This document shows, piece by piece, positions 44,484 to 53,285 of a stretch of DNA of 64,000 nucleotides (within the stretch, counting starts at the first letter, position 1; each line of letters starts with the position of its first letter). The position numbers and the translations under genes are program-made. Location of the stretch: IMG/VR virus record IMGVR_UViG_3300046370_000202; one strand, given 5' to 3'. The stretch comes from a virus. Under the pieces are notes generated by a model that saw nothing but the letters and a program-made list of their open reading frames with translations, did no database searches and was not told where the DNA came from.

Positions 44484-46478
44484 TTAACCCTCGCAGGCCC
44501 GACATTCGTCGCCACCGTCACTTGGTTCGTACTCCACTTCACCCTTTAGATGCATCATAAGATCTTCATAACCACCTATGTACTTGCCTTCCAGATAAAT
44601 TTGAGGAACTGTCTCGACCTTTCTTCCTGTAACCTCTGCGGCAGACTTCTTTATCTCCTCAAGGTCAACGTAGTCATAATCTATGCCGCGTAGCGACAGT
44701 TCCTCTGCGGCCATTTTACAATACGGACAATCTTTTTTTCCGTAAAGTATGGTACGGTTGTCGTCTTGTAACGCAACCCGTTCCACTTTGTCTGATACCG
44801 TCTCCGCACGAGACTTTGCCTCTGTGCGCAAATAGTACAGACCTTTCAATCCTTTCCTCCAGGCCGTGAAATGCACCTTGTTAACATAACGTTTCGGTGT
44901 TCCTGACGGGAAGAAAAGATTAACCGACTGACCCTGACAGATGTACTGTTGTCTGTCAGCCGCGTGTGTCACTACCCAGTTTTGATCCAGTTCTTGTGCA
45001 GTCTTAAAGACCGCCTTCTCACCTTCATTTAAGAACGGTAAGTGTTGAACCGATCCTTTGCGGGTAATGATACTAGACCACGTAGATTCGTTGTCCTGAC
45101 CCTTCTCTTTGAGTAGGGCCGTTAGATACGAGTTCTTCACCAAAAACGAACCTGCACGAGTTCTATGCGTATAAGCACATGCCTTCAATGGTTCGATTGA
45201 TGGTGACGTGGATAAGATGACTCCCGACGACGCGTTAGGTGCTATTGCTAGTAGATGGGCATTGCGCATCCCTGAACCTAAACCGTCTGAGTATTCACCC
45301 CGCTCTTTCGCAAGGAGTCTTGATTCTTCTTTTGCTTCGTGATTGATATGTTCAAACACGACATTATTTATTTCTCGGGCTTTGTCAGATTCCCAAGCAA
45401 CAAAGTGTTTCTGTAGGAGTGAATGGAAACCCATTGCTCCAAGTCCAATGCTTCTTTCACGTGCCGCCGAATAACGGGCGCGGGAAATACTATCTGGCGC
45501 ATGACCGATGAAGTATTCGAGAACGTTATCCAGCATACGAATAAGATCCCGCACGATATTAGTGTCTTTCCACTCATCATAGTATTCCAAGTTTAGTGAT
45601 GACAAACAACATACCGCAGTCCTGTCTGGACCTGTCGGCAAGTGAATCTCGTTGCATAGGTTTGACCCGTGAATCTTTAGTCCTTTCTCCTTTAGTGGCA
45701 TTGGGAGCGCACGATTCGCAGTGTCAATAAAATTCAAGTATGGTTCTCCCGTACGGAAACGTACCTCAAGGATTCGTTCCCATAACTTACGTGCATTGAC
45801 AGAATCTTTCACAATACCATCTTTCGGGTCACGTAAGTCAAAATCTGTATTGTTGATCACCGCAGCCATAAACTCATCGGTGATGTTGATCGCATTGTGT
45901 ATGTTCAGCGCCTTACGTTGTACGTCGCCTGTAGGAATGCGAATGTTTAGAAATTCCATGATGTCTGGATGATGCACATCCAGATACGCCGCATAAGACC
46001 CCTTACGTGTCTTGCCTTGGCGATACGCGATCATGTCTGCATCTACTGTGTGTAGAAACGGAATCGGGCCAGGCGCGATGTCAGAGACCGTACGCACGTC
46101 TCCCCAGTGTCCACCGACACCACCGCCCATTACGGACAACCAACGCAACTCCGAAGAGTGTTCAATCAGTCCTTCAAGTGTGTCTGGGACATAGGTAAGA
46201 AAACAAGAGATGGGAAGTCCGCGAGTGTCCGCGCCTTCTTTGGGTGCGTTTGACAGAACCGGAGACGCAAACATAAACCATTTCTTTGAGGCATATTCAT
46301 AAAGCCTCTGCGCTAGATACGGATCTACTTGATCTTGATATGTTGACCACGCTTCTGCAGCTCTTGCGTACGCATCTTGGGGCGACTCTTCACCCTCAAT
46401 CATATAGAAATCTTTTAACATACCTATCGCATAGTCTGTTAACAGATCATCGCGATCGTAATTCACATCTACTTTCAT
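44484..46478 (-). CDS. nrdA: Ribonucleotide reductase class Ia alpha subunit with inserted glutaredoxin domain
   Basis: PISCF, SNLCNEI, VCCLSSLNL, APNASS, QGQSVNL, KGLYYLR; then CPYC...TVPQI...YIGG; ends CRACEG. Confidence 0.96.
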   Translation of the reverse strand: MKVDVNYDRDDLLTDYAIGMLKDFYMIEGEESPQDAYARAAEAWSTYQDQVDPYLAQRLYEYASKKWFMFASPVLSNAPKEGADTRGLPISCFLTYVPDTLEGLIEHSSELRWLSVMGGGVGGHWGDVRTVSDIAPGPIPFLHTVDADMIAYRQGKTRKGSYAAYLDVHHPDIMEFLNIRIPTGDVQRKALNIHNAINITDEFMAAVINNTDFDLRDPKDGIVKDSVNARKLWERILEVRFRTGEPYLNFIDTANRALPMPLKEKGLKIHGSNLCNEIHLPTGPDRTAVCCLSSLNLEYYDEWKDTNIVRDLIRMLDNVLEYFIGHAPDSISRARYSAARERSIGLGAMGFHSLLQKHFVAWESDKAREINNVVFEHINHEAKEESRLLAKERGEYSDGLGSGMRNAHLLAIAPNASSGVILSTSPSIEPLKACAYTHRTRAGSFLVKNSYLTALLKEKGQDNESTWSSIITRKGSVQHLPFLNEGEKAVFKTAQELDQNWVVTHAADRQQYICQGQSVNLFFPSGTPKRYVNKVHFTAWRKGLKGLYYLRTEAKSRAETVSDKVERVALQDDNRTILYGKKDCPYCKMAAEELSLRGIDYDYVDLEEIKKSAAEVTGRKVETVPQIYLEGKYIGGYEDLMMHLKGEVEYEPSDGGDECRACEG

Positions 46479-46500
46479 TTTTTATTCCAAACTGTAGAGA

Positions 46501-46998
46501 TTATCTTCTCAAAGAAAAATAACCATTTTCAAGTATTTTTGGCGCTATTGATTCGTAATTACGAATGTCTTTCAGATAGTATATATGATCTGCGGCTTTC
46601 GCCCAAAGACCATCTTTCGGGTCTTTCTCGAATACCTTATACCATCTTTGCAACCACTCTTCAGAAGATTCTGGATCTCTCCTCACGGAGTTATGAACCC
46701 ACTTAATGTACTGTTCCTCCGTGACAACCGACACATCTAGATAGATGCCTTGTTCACGACATTGGAACTTTGCACGAGACCACCTACTACCCATTGTGGC
46801 GTCTATGAAATCAGACACCAATATGATGTATGCAGTGTCTTCTCTGACTGAACAATACTTGACAGTATACTCGGTAAGTGTGGTCTTGTCAAGGCTAGAT
46901 ATGACTTTATATGCCTTGCTGTTTGTTTTCAAATTGTTCAGTGCTGAGGACATATTATTTTGAGTAATCATAAAAGGGTTCATCTTCTTGATAATCAT
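46501..46998 (-). CDS. Hypothetical protein
   Basis: ORF track. Confidence 0.55.
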   Translation of the reverse strand: MIIKKMNPFMITQNNMSSALNNLKTNSKAYKVISSLDKTTLTEYTVKYCSVREDTAYIILVSDFIDATMGSRWSRAKFQCREQGIYLDVSVVTEEQYIKWVHNSVRRDPESSEEWLQRWYKVFEKDPKDGLWAKAADHIYYLKDIRNYESIAPKILENGYFSLRR

Positions 46999-47296
46999 AG
47001 TTTTCTACGATCATCTGTTGGCCAGTGTTCCAGAATTTTTGACAACAATCTATGATATAATCAAGTTGTTCTTTTTTGTCAAACAAACCTTCCCATAAGA
47101 GATGATTTGAAAACGAGAGAGAAGGGTCTTCAGTTAGAAATCTACTGTAAGCAAAATCTTCACCGACATAACCTTTCATAGGAACATAGACAAGCCTAGA
47201 TTCATCATATGACGGAAGTATCATATTCGGATCTTCGTTTGAGGATTCTAGTAAGATAATTTTAAAATCTAAACAGTCTATAATCTTCATGACCAA
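46955..47296 (-). CDS. Hypothetical protein
   Basis: ORF track. Confidence 0.55.
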   Translation of the reverse strand: MVMKIIDCLDFKIILLESSNEDPNMILPSYDESRLVYVPMKGYVGEDFAYSRFLTEDPSLSFSNHLLWEGLFDKKEQLDYIIDCCQKFWNTGQQMIVENYDYQEDEPFYDYSK

Positions 47297-47352
47297 ACCT
47301 TTAATTTGACGTAGAAGTATATAGTATTTTGGAGTACTTGTAAAGGGAGATA

Positions 47353-47532
47353 TTAGATTTTTTTTGGTAGGAGTCTGCGCAAAATCTTGACAGCGTCTTT
47401 GCGCTTATTTTTACGATCGTACTTTTTACGTATGATGACGGTAGAAGAATCGTCACCTGCGCCAGGCACACCACTGGTATTGTTGGTGATTTCTTCATCA
47501 AACTGTTTTATAAACTCTCGATACGTCTTCAT
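47353..47532 (-). CDS. 59-aa putative internal head protein (MKTYREFIKQFDEE...)
   Basis: Not in the ORF track; ATGA overlap with the upstream gene; N-terminus closely resembles the T4 IPIII capsid-targeting sequence MKTYQEFIAE. Confidence 0.7.
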   Translation of the reverse strand: MKTYREFIKQFDEEITNNTSGVPGAGDDSSTVIIRKKYDRKNKRKDAVKILRRLLPKKI

Positions 47533-48122
47533 TTCGCAATCTCATTTGCAGAGAACAAAACTCTGCGGCCGGTTTTAATATGTGTGCCTTCGTAAACTGG
47601 GATGCCCAAGATATCGCAACTTAGGTTATTTTCTTCCACACGAATCTTATCGTCTTTTCGGACTATCTCTTCTGCCTGATCTGTCATCGTGTCATTTTGT
47701 ATGCGGTAGAGGCCAGGACCCAAATTCCCGTCTGACATTACATACCACTTAGAGTTCTCTAGTAGAGCTTCCATTAGATCAATGCCCGTCTCTTCGTGTA
47801 TCTTTTGGATTTGATTGTCGGACAGTTCGCCGTGTTCTTTGATCAACGCAAGTGCAGCACCGTATCGTGCGACAATAGATGATCCGCCAGGCACCTTTGC
47901 CATAAGCCTCTTTAGATTGAATACAAGACGATGGAATGCGGTGTAGTGCGATCTGTATGCGTCACGGTTATCCATTGTGTCCATAGAGAAATCTTTTCGT
48001 TTGTTTCCGTCCGCGTCAATGATACCCGCCTTAAATGCGTTGGTATCCTCGAACTTAGTCACGAGTAATTTCAAGAAACGAATTGTATAGACGATGTCCG
48101 CCGCTGACTTAAGGATTCCCAT
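47529..48122 (-). CDS. Conserved T4-like virion-associated hypothetical protein
   Basis: AADIVYTIRFLKLL...AFKAGIIDADG...YTAFHRLVFNLKRL...ALALIKE. Confidence 0.75.
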   Translation of the reverse strand: MGILKSAADIVYTIRFLKLLVTKFEDTNAFKAGIIDADGNKRKDFSMDTMDNRDAYRSHYTAFHRLVFNLKRLMAKVPGGSSIVARYGAALALIKEHGELSDNQIQKIHEETGIDLMEALLENSKWYVMSDGNLGPGLYRIQNDTMTDQAEEIVRKDDKIRVEENNLSCDILGIPVYEGTHIKTGRRVLFSANEIAK

Positions 48123-48478
48123 TAGAGTGCTCTCAATTTATCTATTACGTATTTATCCATTTCTATACCTGTGATGTCTTCGGTTCGTATTGCGCGAAGA
48201 AATACCAAAAAGGGTTTGAGGGTAGTCCATTGTTCTAGAGGTATTTTAAGGGCGAGCATCTCTACTCCAGCCTCGTGACCAAATACGTTGAAAATGACGA
48301 TGAGGTGATTGAGTATTAATCTTTCTGCTAGATCGCCATTTTGATGATACCGATTAATCAATCGTTTAACATATTTAAATTTTTTCAGGTCGTCAAAAAA
48401 CTCTTCACCGTCAATGTGCTTAGGGTTATAGTAATGTTTGGCAGCATACACAACCAAATTGTTTTTTGTTAGCTTCAT
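48122..48478 (-). CDS. Conserved T4-like hypothetical protein
   Basis: YAAKHYYNP...EFFDDLKKFKYVKRL...ERLILNHLIVIFNVFG; start refined to MKLTK. Confidence 0.75.
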   Translation of the reverse strand: MKLTKNNLVVYAAKHYYNPKHIDGEEFFDDLKKFKYVKRLINRYHQNGDLAERLILNHLIVIFNVFGHEAGVEMLALKIPLEQWTTLKPFLVFLRAIRTEDITGIEMDKYVIDKLRAL

Positions 48479-48519
48479 GATAAAGACTTTAGAAGTGTGG
48501 TCAGATTTATTTAGACGCA

Positions 48520-48549
48520 CAAAAAAACCGCAGTATCAACTGCGGTTTC
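48520..48549 (-). terminator. Intrinsic terminator
   Basis: ccgcagt...actgcgg hairpin followed by a T tract on the minus strand. Confidence 0.75.
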
Positions 48550-48564
48550 AAAAGAATAGTTAGA

Positions 48565-48783
48565 TTACTCTGAATCTTTTACTTCGAAGATGTAAGGTAC
48601 GTCTTCTGCAGGTTCTACTACTTTAGGTTTTTTCTTGACTGGAGTAGGGTTTTTGGCTTCATGCCATTCTGCAATCTGTTCCTTAGAAAAGTTCTGCATT
48701 TTTAGAACTTCGCCTGTATATGGGTCTAACCAACCAGCCCTAGAAGGAACTGCGTTACTACACCACTTAGGAGCCTTGATCAT
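48565..48783 (-). CDS. Hypothetical protein
   Basis: PKWCSNAVPSRAGWLDPYTGE motif. Confidence 0.65.
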   Translation of the reverse strand: MIKAPKWCSNAVPSRAGWLDPYTGEVLKMQNFSKEQIAEWHEAKNPTPVKKKPKVVEPAEDVPYIFEVKDSE

Positions 48784-48784
48784 A

Positions 48785-49633
48785 TTACTTTCCTTTTACT
48801 GGATTGATGACTGACTTATCACCATTAGATAGATTGTCTGCACCACTTCGTGCAGGCGCTTGTTTCTTGACTGCCTTAGCAGCAGCAAAAGTTTTCTTAT
48901 GACTATCTTCTTCTTCGCCTTCAACTTTCTTATCAGACTTCTTGTGCATACCAATGACTTTCTTGTCATGTTCAGAAGAATGATCATCATATTTTTCAGG
49001 AGCAAGTGCGCCTTTCTTAGGATTTGCGGCTTCAGCAAATGCCGACCACATATCTGCAAACGATCCACGTAGGTCTAGACTCTCGATCTTGGAGATCTCT
49101 GATTTCTTATCAGCAGTCTTAGGGTTTTTCTTGACAGGATTCTCTTCGTCATCCTTTGCATCGATCGCGTCGTCCGTTGCGGCACGCTTCTTGTGTAGGT
49201 ATTCGTCAGAAGAATCTGTATCGCCATCATTATCGATGTCCTTGTCCTTACGATCTTTGAACTTCTTATCGTTCTCTTTATCGTCTACTGGATCAAGTTT
49301 CTTTTCAGACACTTCGTGATAACCTTTGTTATCGCAGTGATCACAACCTTTGCCTTCACACTTAGGACATTCTTTCTGTCCTTCTTTGTAAGTTTTTTTG
49401 CCACAGGCTTCGTCTAGTTCTGATTCGACTTCTTCTTTAACAGTTCCAGACACACGCAATGCTGCGATGAATGCCTTGGCTTGTGGACCTTTGATGCCCG
49501 CTTTAGACATTGCTTTATTAATAGCACCGCGATTCCACGGCCCCATGTTTACTGCTTCCTCTAGAGTTTCCTCTGCCTGAGGCTCGGAGACCATTCCCAA
49601 ATACGCCTCCATAATTTTAGTGATATCTGACAT
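48785..49633 (-). CDS. Modular charged protein, putative head-internal
   Basis: TLEE, ELDE and VSE linkers; CPKCEGKGCDHC finger; DIDNDGDTDSSDEYL EF-hand-like loop. Confidence 0.65.
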   Translation of the reverse strand: MSDITKIMEAYLGMVSEPQAEETLEEAVNMGPWNRGAINKAMSKAGIKGPQAKAFIAALRVSGTVKEEVESELDEACGKKTYKEGQKECPKCEGKGCDHCDNKGYHEVSEKKLDPVDDKENDKKFKDRKDKDIDNDGDTDSSDEYLHKKRAATDDAIDAKDDEENPVKKNPKTADKKSEISKIESLDLRGSFADMWSAFAEAANPKKGALAPEKYDDHSSEHDKKVIGMHKKSDKKVEGEEEDSHKKTFAAAKAVKKQAPARSGADNLSNGDKSVINPVKGK

Positions 49634-49652
49634 TATAGTCTCCGTTAATTAA

Positions 49653-49964
49653 TTATGCATCAAAGAAAATTTTGATGACTACACCGGCAAAGATTGTTGC
49701 AGATAATGTAATAATATACTGCATTACTTTAACAGTCTTTCCTTGTTCTTGAACATTATCTTCGATTTCGTCCATTCGAGTTGAGAAACGATTCATACGT
49801 TCAAAGTGTTGTGAGTTCGCCTTCTCAATGTTAATAAGCTTTTCTTCCGCTCTTGCAAGATCAATCATTGCATCGGAAAGCTTGTCTATTTTGTCCTCGA
49901 TTCTTGCGAGGCGTTGCTCTTCACGTTGCACATGCTCTTGTAAAATTAGGTTGTTATCTGCCAT
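49653..49964 (-). CDS. Coiled-coil protein with C-terminal TM helix
   Basis: RLARIEDKIDKLSDAMIDLARAEEK followed by a TM segment. Confidence 0.65.
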   Translation of the reverse strand: MADNNLILQEHVQREEQRLARIEDKIDKLSDAMIDLARAEEKLINIEKANSQHFERMNRFSTRMDEIEDNVQEQGKTVKVMQYIITLSATIFAGVVIKIFFDA

Positions 49965-50066
49965 GTCTCGATCAGCCCATTAGTATTGATAATATAAGTC
50001 ATATGATAATTATTATATAATTAGTTGACTTATGGTTTAAGGTTTGTGTTTATTTATAACAATCAA

Positions 50067-50384
50067 TTACCATGCGCGACACGACCAATATCGTGCCTTC
50101 CACTTCGGGCCAGGATCTGCACAATTGTGCCTAGCTCGAAAACTTTTACGACGAGCAGGGTTGTCTTTTTTAATCTCCATATTCGGATCACCGAATGAGA
50201 CCTTCACGACATTTCCCTTCTCGTTCTTTGTATACACGTAGAACTTCTTAGAGCCACCACGTACAGGTTTGTTCAATGTAACAGTCTTGCCCTGATACTC
50301 CGCCTCGCTGAGTTCTAACTCTTCGTCGAGAGACTTACACGCCTCACAACATCTTTCTTCTACATACTGTTTAAACTTTTTCAT
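50067..50384 (-). CDS. Putative internal head protein
   Basis: MKKFKQYVEE leader; KVSFGDPNM...RRKSFRARHNC...ARYWSCRAW. Confidence 0.75.
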   Translation of the reverse strand: MKKFKQYVEERCCEACKSLDEELELSEAEYQGKTVTLNKPVRGGSKKFYVYTKNEKGNVVKVSFGDPNMEIKKDNPARRKSFRARHNCADPGPKWKARYWSCRAW

Positions 50385-51628
50385 TTTGAAAGTAATGCCT
50401 TTGCCTTGGTGCGATCGTGGAAAGCGAATGTATAAGACTTACCGTCCTTTTCGTCTTTGACCACATAACCAGATTTGGTCATCTTAGTGATCTTACCCAT
50501 TCTCTTATCGCCATTCTTAGGTTCGTAGAAATCAACACCTCTTCCAACGTTGATTGAGTTCTTTGTCTCTGCGCCCATGCCTTTAGTTGCAAGAGTTCGG
50601 TAATTTTCATCAAGCGATTCTACTGATTCCTCTAACCCTTCACGCATGAGTTTACCACCTTTCACTCTGAATCCGTTATCTTTTAGGATTTTAGTAATAG
50701 TGGTCTTCTTTACCAAGTCGTCCATATCCTTGAGCAACTTAGTCAAACCCATGAATGCCTTATCCTGTACACTTAAAGAGGAATTCATAAACATAACACG
50801 TGCGAATGCAGCGGCCTTCTCGAACTCAATACCCTTTTTCTTATGTTTCAAGAGTTCATTAGATATCTTTTCAAAATCTGCGGCTTCGTCAAGTTCGATA
50901 TCTTCTTTTCTTGGGGTGCGACCTTTGAGTAGTGAATGAATGGCTTTCGACTCTTTGCCTTTGATACGACGATCTTTTTTGATCTCTTTATCGACAGCGC
51001 CTTTGTTGTACTTGGATTCACCAAGTTCGACTGACTCATTTGCTTGACGAAGTGCCGCTTGTACTGCCTTATGCTTAGACAGACCTTTCTTCATTTTCTC
51101 AATCTCGCGAACAGCACCTGTCATATTACCGCCCATTTTTTCGGCAGTTTTGACTGCTTTGATAAGTAGGTTTCGATCGGCGATCTTGTTGTGAATACCC
51201 ATATCAGAAAGTTTTGCTTCGTCAAGTTCGACTGACTCGCTCACGTCACTTGCATTGCCATACGAAGACTTTCCGATGACGGACCGCATGAAGTCATTCA
51301 GTTTGCCTTTTGGTCCACTGATACTGACATGGCCGCCCGATGTGGTTGCTTTCAGACCAAATCGTGTTGCGCCCGAAGAAACCTTGTCTGCCATAGTTGT
51401 CTTGATCTTTGCTGTTGCTTCATCAAGTTCAACTGACTCCTTTACAGGTTTGCCACCTTTAGAAATGATACCCTTGTATCCTTCTTTTTCCTTATCAGCA
51501 AGGAATTTCTTGGCGTACACTAATAGGTTAAAAGGCATCGTACGAATCGGCCCTTTCTTTGACATTGCGTACTTCACCACAAACTTATCTTTATTTGCGG
51601 ATTCTCTTAGTTCAAAAAAATCTTTCAC
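50381..51628 (-). CDS. Putative head-packaged polyprotein of six basic modules
   Basis: GTG start, MKDFFELRE leader; five ESVELDE-type linkers. Confidence 0.75.
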   Translation of the reverse strand: MKDFFELRESANKDKFVVKYAMSKKGPIRTMPFNLLVYAKKFLADKEKEGYKGIISKGGKPVKESVELDEATAKIKTTMADKVSSGATRFGLKATTSGGHVSISGPKGKLNDFMRSVIGKSSYGNASDVSESVELDEAKLSDMGIHNKIADRNLLIKAVKTAEKMGGNMTGAVREIEKMKKGLSKHKAVQAALRQANESVELGESKYNKGAVDKEIKKDRRIKGKESKAIHSLLKGRTPRKEDIELDEAADFEKISNELLKHKKKGIEFEKAAAFARVMFMNSSLSVQDKAFMGLTKLLKDMDDLVKKTTITKILKDNGFRVKGGKLMREGLEESVESLDENYRTLATKGMGAETKNSINVGRGVDFYEPKNGDKRMGKITKMTKSGYVVKDEKDGKSYTFAFHDRTKAKALLSK

Positions 51629-51633
51629 TTTAT

Positions 51634-51813
51634 TTAACTTCCTCTTGATGCGCCTCGAAATACCTTCGTTCCGGCAACTGGATTGACTGTTTTAACTTTA
51701 CTATTTATAGGATTAAAACTAGTACCGCCGTAGTTGTTGTCGGTTGCCTGTTGCAGTCTTTCTTTTTTTGCAGCAGACATTTTCTTGTTACGTGGTTTCT
51801 TCGATTTGCTCAT
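51634..51813 (-). CDS. 59-aa basic protein (MSKSKKPRNKKM...)
   Basis: ATGA overlap; AAGGA SD; below the ORF-track cutoff. Confidence 0.5.
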   Translation of the reverse strand: MSKSKKPRNKKMSAAKKERLQQATDNNYGGTSFNPINSKVKTVNPVAGTKVFRGASRGS

Positions 51814-52022
51814 ACGTTGTCCTTATTTAATTGTTCTACTGCATATCCCATCTTTTTTAATTCTGCCTTGGAGAAGGATGGTGGTGGTTTACTGAAAAAG
51901 TCAGCCGACTTCTTGATCCTGTCTAGTTTCTTTTGAGACCCAAGACCATGTTTCGACGCACGTGCGGAAAGACGGTCTTGTGCAGACCGCCTTGCTTCTC
52001 TTATTTCAGTAAACTTTTTCAT
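51810..52022 (-). CDS. Putative internal head protein (MKKFTEIRE...)
   Basis: Start refined; CTS-like leader followed by a basic body. Confidence 0.65.
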   Translation of the reverse strand: MKKFTEIREARRSAQDRLSARASKHGLGSQKKLDRIKKSADFFSKPPPSFSKAELKKMGYAVEQLNKDNV

Positions 52023-52024
52023 AA

Positions 52025-53266
52025 TTATCCTATAGAGACCGAATATCCGACCCAATCTGGACTTATGCTATCGAATGGGACCAGTTTAGTCGGCTGCGCA
52101 GATAGATCATTAGTATCATAAATATAAATAGAACCCGTGTAACCATCATCGCCTGGAGCGCCAACAATTAGTTTATCAAGGAGCGCATCAATTGACATTC
52201 CGAACAGGCCAGTGGGTAGGGTCAGTTTAGTCGGTTGTGTGGATAAATCATTGGCGTCATAAACATATACTGAACCAGAATCCTCTGGTCCGAAGTTTGG
52301 AGATCCGACAAAGATTTTATCGTCAATAGCAGCAACTGATTTTCCAAAGTTATCGCCCGCAGCTCCATCAAACGCTGTTAGTTTCGTTGGTGTCGCAGAA
52401 AGATCATTTGAGTCATAGACGTAAGCTGAACCAGAGTTAGATCCGTTGTCATCGTCATAATGTGCACCAACAATAATCTTATCGTCAGTAGCAACAACTG
52501 AGATTCCAAAGTTATCACCCTGCACTCCATCAAACGCTGTTAGTTTGGTAGGTGCAGCAGATAGATCATTGGCGTCATAGACGTAAGCTGAACCAGAGTT
52601 AGATCCGTTGTCATCGTCGTTAAGTGCACCAACGACGATCTTATCAGATGTCGCATCAACTGAGGTTCCAAAGGAATCAGACGTAGCACCATCAAACGCT
52701 GTTAGTTTAGTTGGTTGCGCTGTCAGATCGTTGGTGTCATAAACGTATACAGAACCTGAGTTTTCTGCGGCGTTGTCGTCATCACTTTCCGCGGCAACAA
52801 CTAACTTACCATTATTGGCAGAAAGTTGTTTGCCGAATCTATCACTTGCAGCACCATCGAATGCTGTTAACTTAGTTGGTTGAGCAGATAGATCGTTCGC
52901 GTCATAGACGTATACCGCACCAGAATCAGATCCATTGTCGTCATCATGTGGTGTGCCGACAAAGATTTTATCGGCCGTAGCACCAACTGAACTACCAAAC
53001 TGATCATTAAATCGTCCATTACCGCTTAAAATTAATTTTGTTGATTGATCAGATAAGTTGTTAATGTCATAGACGTAGACTGAACCAGAGTTTGTGAAAT
53101 CTATATCTGAATATGGTACTCCAACTACCAACCAGTTTGCAGATGGGGCTGGTTCCGGTGCTGGTTCTGGTGACGGAGAAGGAACTGCTGGAGGCGCGTC
53201 TGCGTCTACTCCAGTGACTACTGCACCCGCACTAAAGATTGATCCCGATGTAATTTTAGTTGCCAT
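52025..53266 (-). CDS. FG-GAP repeat beta-propeller virion protein
   Basis: About 7 repeats of FG.SV....DKI.VGA..DDDNGS.SGS.YVYD.NDLS..PTKL. Confidence 0.85.
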   Translation of the reverse strand: MATKITSGSIFSAGAVVTGVDADAPPAVPSPSPEPAPEPAPSANWLVVGVPYSDIDFTNSGSVYVYDINNLSDQSTKLILSGNGRFNDQFGSSVGATADKIFVGTPHDDDNGSDSGAVYVYDANDLSAQPTKLTAFDGAASDRFGKQLSANNGKLVVAAESDDDNAAENSGSVYVYDTNDLTAQPTKLTAFDGATSDSFGTSVDATSDKIVVGALNDDDNGSNSGSAYVYDANDLSAAPTKLTAFDGVQGDNFGISVVATDDKIIVGAHYDDDNGSNSGSAYVYDSNDLSATPTKLTAFDGAAGDNFGKSVAAIDDKIFVGSPNFGPEDSGSVYVYDANDLSTQPTKLTLPTGLFGMSIDALLDKLIVGAPGDDGYTGSIYIYDTNDLSAQPTKLVPFDSISPDWVGYSVSIG

Positions 53267-53285
53267 TTTCTTTTAATTCCTTATA

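Noticed and set aside
43484-46478. Intron or intein in nrdA/nrdB
   Set aside because: Both frames are continuous and of normal length; the only insertion is the glutaredoxin domain.
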